DNA of 64,000 nucleotides from Escherichia coli (GTDB lineage Bacteria; Pseudomonadota; Gammaproteobacteria; Enterobacterales; Enterobacteriaceae): NCBI RefSeq assembly GCF_003018255.1, contig NZ_CP027440.1; one strand, 5' to 3'. Shown piece by piece: positions 59,728 to 64,000 of this stretch (position 1 is its first letter; each line of letters starts with the position of its first letter). The notes under the pieces were generated by a model. It saw only the letters and a program-made list of their open reading frames with translations, ran no database searches and was not told where the DNA came from. The position numbers and the translations under genes were made by a program.

Positions 59728-62700
59728 TTAGTGAACGTAGCTAAAAATAAAAGGCATCACGGTGGTGAATAATGCCGCTTTCGGCCAGGCTGGATTAATC
59801 GCCATCAATTCAGCGCGAGCAGATTCATAGTGCGCAACCTCCCCGAGTCCCGCGGACGCCAGCATCGCCACCATCAGGCATTTTTCTTTATGCTGCTGTT
59901 GTAAATCGCCATACAGCGACAACAGGTCAGGTTGTGAAACAGCAAAGAAATCCGCCTCGATACTGGTTTTCGCCATCTCTTGCGCCCACTGTTTCATTTC
60001 ACTAAACAGTTGCTGTGCGGTGTGTTGTTCGCCCAGCAGTCGCAGCGCCATTCCTTGCCAGAAGAGATAATCAACCGGCTGATCGTTGTAATAACTGTGA
60101 ATGTTAATGGTGCGATCGCCAGTCGCCGCCAGACGTAAACAACGCGTCGCTTCAGTTTCATCGCCCTGCGCGTTGGCGCATATCGCCTGCCAGAACCAGA
60201 TGTCGTTGTCAGTTTGCCCCGGTAAACGGCCTTCGCTTAAATTCTCCGGATAATGCAACGCGGCATGAAGCAGTTCGCTGGCCTGCTGCGGCTCTCTGGC
60301 ATCAAGATGCTGCCAGGCGCGTAATAACTGGTTGAGGATAAACTGACTGGTGATCTTCCCTTCCCCGCCTTCCCACGGGTGGAATTTGCGCGTGGCGAGA
60401 ATGTCCGCCGCTTTGTCTGCCTGACCCGTGAGATGCCACAAATTGAGCAGTTCTGCGGTCATGTCGTCGCGTTTCAGCGCAATTTCCAGATTATTTTCCA
60501 GACGCGCCAGTCGTTTCTCCGGTGTGACACCGCTTAACTTATCCAGCAAATCCCGTTCGAAAAGCAGACGTGCATCCTGCGGCGCAAGCTGATAAGCATT
60601 ATCAAGATAACGCGCGGCCAGCTCATAATCGTGTTGCTTATTCCACGCATGGATCGCTAACCCGCGCCAGCCGTCGGCAAACTCCGGCGACATCTCTACG
60701 CAACGTTGCCATAAAGTAATGGCTTTGTTGTAGCTGCACTTGTTGTAGTAGAAGCAGGCCAGTAAATGACGGGCAAACCAGCACTCTTCAATACTCTCCA
60801 GCGCCGCCACTTCTTCCAGCGTATTCGGGAAACGGACAAACTGTGGGAAGACATCAATGGCTTTTGTGACCAGTTCGCCGCGTTCAGCTTTCGGCAGCAA
60901 GCTGGCTTGCAAGTAAAGCGGCAGCGTGCGCTGGCAGTCCAGTGCGTTCAGCATCTCTGCCGCCAGGGTGGGCATTCCCCAGTTAATCAGTTGCCCGGCG
61001 GTCATCAGGGCGTTAACGTCGCGTCCCTGACACAGACCGCGCCACTGCGCGAGGGCTGATTCGCTACGACCATCGAACCAGTTCAGCCACCACAGAGTGG
61101 CGTTCAGCGGATAATCACGCAGCAGTTTCTCGCGCTGCAAACGCGCGTTGTCCTGACGACCACTTAACACCAGCAGCAGATTATGCAGGCAAAGCACTTC
61201 CTGATTGGTTGGGCAGGCGCGAAGACTTTGTTGGCAAAAATCCAGACCAGCGTCGAAGTGACCATTACGCGCCGCCAGCCGTGCCAGACCATAATAGCCA
61301 CCTGCTTTACTGTTGCCGCTCCAGACCGCCCGCCAGAAATCCTCTTCGGCTTGTTGATATTGCCCCTGACGTTCGTAAGCACTGGCGCGAATCAAACTCG
61401 CCTGTCCGCACTGCGGATTTTTGTTTAGCGCATGTGCGCGTTTCAGCGCCTGAGTGGCATACGCCACCGCTTGCGGGAAATCTGCTCGGTTATATTCCAG
61501 CATCGCCAGCGCCAGGTTACAGCGATAATCCAGCGGATCCAGCGCCACGCCGCGCAGGTAGTAATCGAACGGTGAACGGCTGGCGTGATGATATTGCTCC
61601 AGATGCTGACCGATAAACCAGGCTTCATCTGTACTGGTAATGTCTTGTGCTGCCAGTGGCGCTTTGGCGACGTCCGGCAACGGCAACTCTTGCGGCTGAT
61701 GTTCCTGATAACTCAGTGTGATATTGCCGTCGGCATCGGAGAGTTCAATGGTCAGCCTTTCAGGATTGATACCGTGCAACACGCCCTGGATGGCGGTCGC
61801 TGGTGTCAGGGCCACGGCATCATCGAGCAACGCGTTGCATTTGCCGATTTCGCGGATCGCCAGACGGTATCCTTTCAACGGAGAGATGGCATACAGCCCC
61901 CACTCAATCCCCCGCTCGCTACGCTGGAGTTTAATCACCGCATCGCGGGAGGCGTTTTGCACCATGCCCAAAGAATGGTAAGGCAGGAAATACTGCTCAA
62001 AACGCTTCTCTTCGTAAGCATCAAGCCAGGTAAAATCGGGCTGGTTATCGGCAAAAATACCAGTCATCAGTTCGATATACGGGCCGTTATTGTCGGTCAG
62101 ACTCTTATCCCACGCCTGGCCAAATTCACTGTGTCCCCAGCTCCACTGTTTTTTACCTGGCGCAATATGGTGGTTGGCAACGTGCAGCAAACCGCCATCT
62201 TCATCGTGACACCACGCGCCAACAAAATCGTACTGTGATTTTTCAGCCATATATGAGGTTGGAACGGGCACATTTTTATAGCGAGAAATGTCCACTCCGG
62301 CGGAGTAGTCCACTTTGTAGTAAGTGCCGGTGGCGATGGGGAAAGCGGAGACGGCCCGTTTGCCGTGATCAAACACCGCCGTTACATCCGGCGGGAAGAC
62401 GCTCTGATGCCCTTCACCCCCTTTCACTGCCGGGTTGGCCCACCACAAGAAATGACGCGGCGTGGCGTTGCCGTTATAGACGCGGCTGGCAATTTCCAGT
62501 GCCGCCCGGTCAGGGCGCAGGGTGAAACCTGTCATCACCTGTAAACCGTGCATCGGCTCCGTTTCGCCGACCCACACGGTTTGTGCGCCGTCTTCATGGG
62601 CTTCGAGGGTGAAATCGACGGGCATAAAGGTGGTCGGGCGATGGTGTTGCGGCCAGTTAAACTCAATCCCGCCGGAGATCCACGGCCCCAGCAACCCCAC

Positions 62701-63009
62701 CAGCGCCGGTTTAATGACTTCATTATGATAGACAAAATCGCGCTGTTTCACTTTATCCCACGCGCGATGCACCCGACCGCCCAGCTCCGGCAGGATCATC
62801 ACTTTGATGTAGTCGTTTTCCAGCCACACCGCCTGCCAGGATTTCAGGGTTTTCTGCTCGCTCAGCGTATCGGTCACGCCGTAGGGATAAACCGCGCCGG
62901 ACGATCCCTGATAAACGCGATTTTCCAGGAACATGGGATGTATATCCTGCGGCCCGGTTTCATAGGTCGGGATCTCAACGCGCTCTTGCCACACTTTTAC
63001 TGGAGTCAT
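59728..63009 (-). CDS. yphG: Large uncharacterised TPR-containing protein YphG (~1093 aa)
   Basis: Track ORF 59728..63102; probable start MTPVKVWQERVEIPTYETGPQD at codon 32 (ATG 63007-63009); C-terminal half rich in TPR-like repeats. Confidence 0.85.
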   Translation of the reverse strand: MTPVKVWQERVEIPTYETGPQDIHPMFLENRVYQGSSGAVYPYGVTDTLSEQKTLKSWQAVWLENDYIKVMILPELGGRVHRAWDKVKQRDFVYHNEVIKPALVGLLGPWISGGIEFNWPQHHRPTTFMPVDFTLEAHEDGAQTVWVGETEPMHGLQVMTGFTLRPDRAALEIASRVYNGNATPRHFLWWANPAVKGGEGHQSVFPPDVTAVFDHGKRAVSAFPIATGTYYKVDYSAGVDISRYKNVPVPTSYMAEKSQYDFVGAWCHDEDGGLLHVANHHIAPGKKQWSWGHSEFGQAWDKSLTDNNGPYIELMTGIFADNQPDFTWLDAYEEKRFEQYFLPYHSLGMVQNASRDAVIKLQRSERGIEWGLYAISPLKGYRLAIREIGKCNALLDDAVALTPATAIQGVLHGINPERLTIELSDADGNITLSYQEHQPQELPLPDVAKAPLAAQDITSTDEAWFIGQHLEQYHHASRSPFDYYLRGVALDPLDYRCNLALAMLEYNRADFPQAVAYATQALKRAHALNKNPQCGQASLIRASAYERQGQYQQAEEDFWRAVWSGNSKAGGYYGLARLAARNGHFDAGLDFCQQSLRACPTNQEVLCLHNLLLVLSGRQDNARLQREKLLRDYPLNATLWWLNWFDGRSESALAQWRGLCQGRDVNALMTAGQLINWGMPTLAAEMLNALDCQRTLPLYLQASLLPKAERGELVTKAIDVFPQFVRFPNTLEEVAALESIEECWFARHLLACFYYNKCSYNKAITLWQRCVEMSPEFADGWRGLAIHAWNKQHDYELAARYLDNAYQLAPQDARLLFERDLLDKLSGVTPEKRLARLENNLEIALKRDDMTAELLNLWHLTGQADKAADILATRKFHPWEGGEGKITSQFILNQLLRAWQHLDAREPQQASELLHAALHYPENLSEGRLPGQTDNDIWFWQAICANAQGDETEATRCLRLAATGDRTINIHSYYNDQPVDYLFWQGMALRLLGEQHTAQQLFSEMKQWAQEMAKTSIEADFFAVSQPDLLSLYGDLQQQHKEKCLMVAMLASAGLGEVAHYESARAELMAINPAWPKAALFTTVMPFIFSYVH

Positions 63010-63126
63010 GGTGCCCTCAATATTAACAAGACATACTGAATTAAAAGATTTGTGGCAGTGTATTGAACAATCTGGCAATGTTTTCGCGGAATAATCACGC
63101 AATTAACTAAACAAGGTTTAGTGAAG

Positions 63127-64000
63127 ATGAGAGCCTGCATTAATAATCAACAGATTCGCCACCATAACAAATGCGTGATTCTGGAACTGCTGTACCGGCA
63201 AAAGCGCGCCAATAAATCAACGCTGGCCCGGCTGGCGCAAATTTCGATTCCGGCGGTCAGTAATATTTTGCAGGAACTGGAAAGCGAAAAACGGGTGGTG
63301 AATATCGACGATGAAAGCCAGACGCGCGGGCATAGTAGCGGTACATGGCTGATTGCGCCGGAAGGTGACTGGACGTTGTGCCTGAACGTGACGCCCACCA
63401 GTATTGAGTGTCAGGTTGCTAATGCTTGTTTAAGTCCGAAAGGTGAATTTGAGTATTTACAGATTGATGCACCGACGCCGCAGGCGCTGCTGTCCGAAAT
63501 CGAAAAATGCTGGCATCGCCACCGTAAATTGTGGCCGGACCGTACCATCAACCTGGCGCTGGCAATCCACGGTCAGGTTGATCCGGTGACCGGCGTGTCG
63601 CAAACCATGCCGCAAGCGCCGTGGACAACGCCGGTTGAGGTAAAGTATCTGCTGGAAGAGAAGCTCGGCATTCGGGTGATGGTCGATAATGACTGCGTGA
63701 TGCTGGCGCTGGCGGAGAAATGGCAAAATAATTCGCAGGAACGGGATTTCTGCGTGATCAACGTTGATTACGGCATTGGCTCGTCGTTCGTGATTAACGA
63801 GCAAATTTATCGCGGCTGTTTGTATGGTAGCGGACAGATTGGTCACACCATCGTTAATCCGGATGGCGTCGTCTGCGACTGTGGACGTTACGGCTGCCTG
63901 GAAACCGTCGCCTCGTTAAGTGCATTAAAAAAACAGGCGCGGGTATGGCTAAAATCACAACCGGTTAATACTCAGCTTGATCCTGAAAAACTGACAACAG
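63127..64000 (+). CDS. yphH: ROK-family (NagC/XylR-like) transcriptional regulator YphH, N-terminal ~291 codons; continues beyond window end
   Basis: Not in ORF track (runs off the end); ATG 63127 gives MRACINNQQIRHHNKCVILELLYRQKRANKSTLARLAQISIPAVSNILQELE (HTH) followed by a ROK sugar-kinase-like domain. Confidence 0.85.
   Translation, partial: MRACINNQQIRHHNKCVILELLYRQKRANKSTLARLAQISIPAVSNILQELESEKRVVNIDDESQTRGHSSGTWLIAPEGDWTLCLNVTPTSIECQVANACLSPKGEFEYLQIDAPTPQALLSEIEKCWHRHRKLWPDRTINLALAIHGQVDPVTGVSQTMPQAPWTTPVEVKYLLEEKLGIRVMVDNDCVMLALAEKWQNNSQERDFCVINVDYGIGSSFVINEQIYRGCLYGSGQIGHTIVNPDGVVCDCGRYGCLETVASLSALKKQARVWLKSQPVNTQLDPEKLTT

Noticed and set aside
61585..62238. 217-aa plus-strand ORF
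   Set aside because: Antisense to yphG.

Overview
This window is an Escherichia coli-type chromosomal segment running guaA(partial)-guaB-xseA ... der-bamB-yfgM-hisS-ispG-rodZ-rlmN-ndk-pbpC-yfhM-sseA-sseB-pepB-iscXfdx-hscAB-iscAUSR-trmJ-suhB-yfhR-csiE-hcaTR-hcaEFCBD-yphABCDEFGH(partial). Gene identities were assigned by recognising the translated products against remembered E. coli K-12 proteins; no database search was run. The core is densely packed and ordinary. The one clearly accessory segment is an ~11.6 kb block (about 4436-16097) between xseA and yfgJ, which in K-12 are adjacent. It carries three minus-strand secreted-protein genes: a 2684-aa protein built from nine ~283-aa tandem modules, a 325-aa SinI-like protein, and an intimin/invasin-like inverse autotransporter (SinH-like). 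This resembles the Salmonella CS54 / ExPEC sinH-sinI-rat locus and is the best candidate for a poorly described system. Within it the sequence shows: a SinI protein whose N-terminus mimics the giant protein and whose C-terminus mimics SinH; a perfect 19-bp inverted repeat inside the sinH signal-peptide codons; a perfect 35-bp palindrome upstream of the giant gene; and a very AT-rich sinH upstream region. Outside the island, the sseA-sseB spacer holds two diverged tandem ryfA-like copies, the longer with a 41-codon hydrophobic ORF. REP/BIME clusters and a probable sroE sRNA are also present. No tRNA, rRNA, CRISPR array, IS element or integrase was seen.
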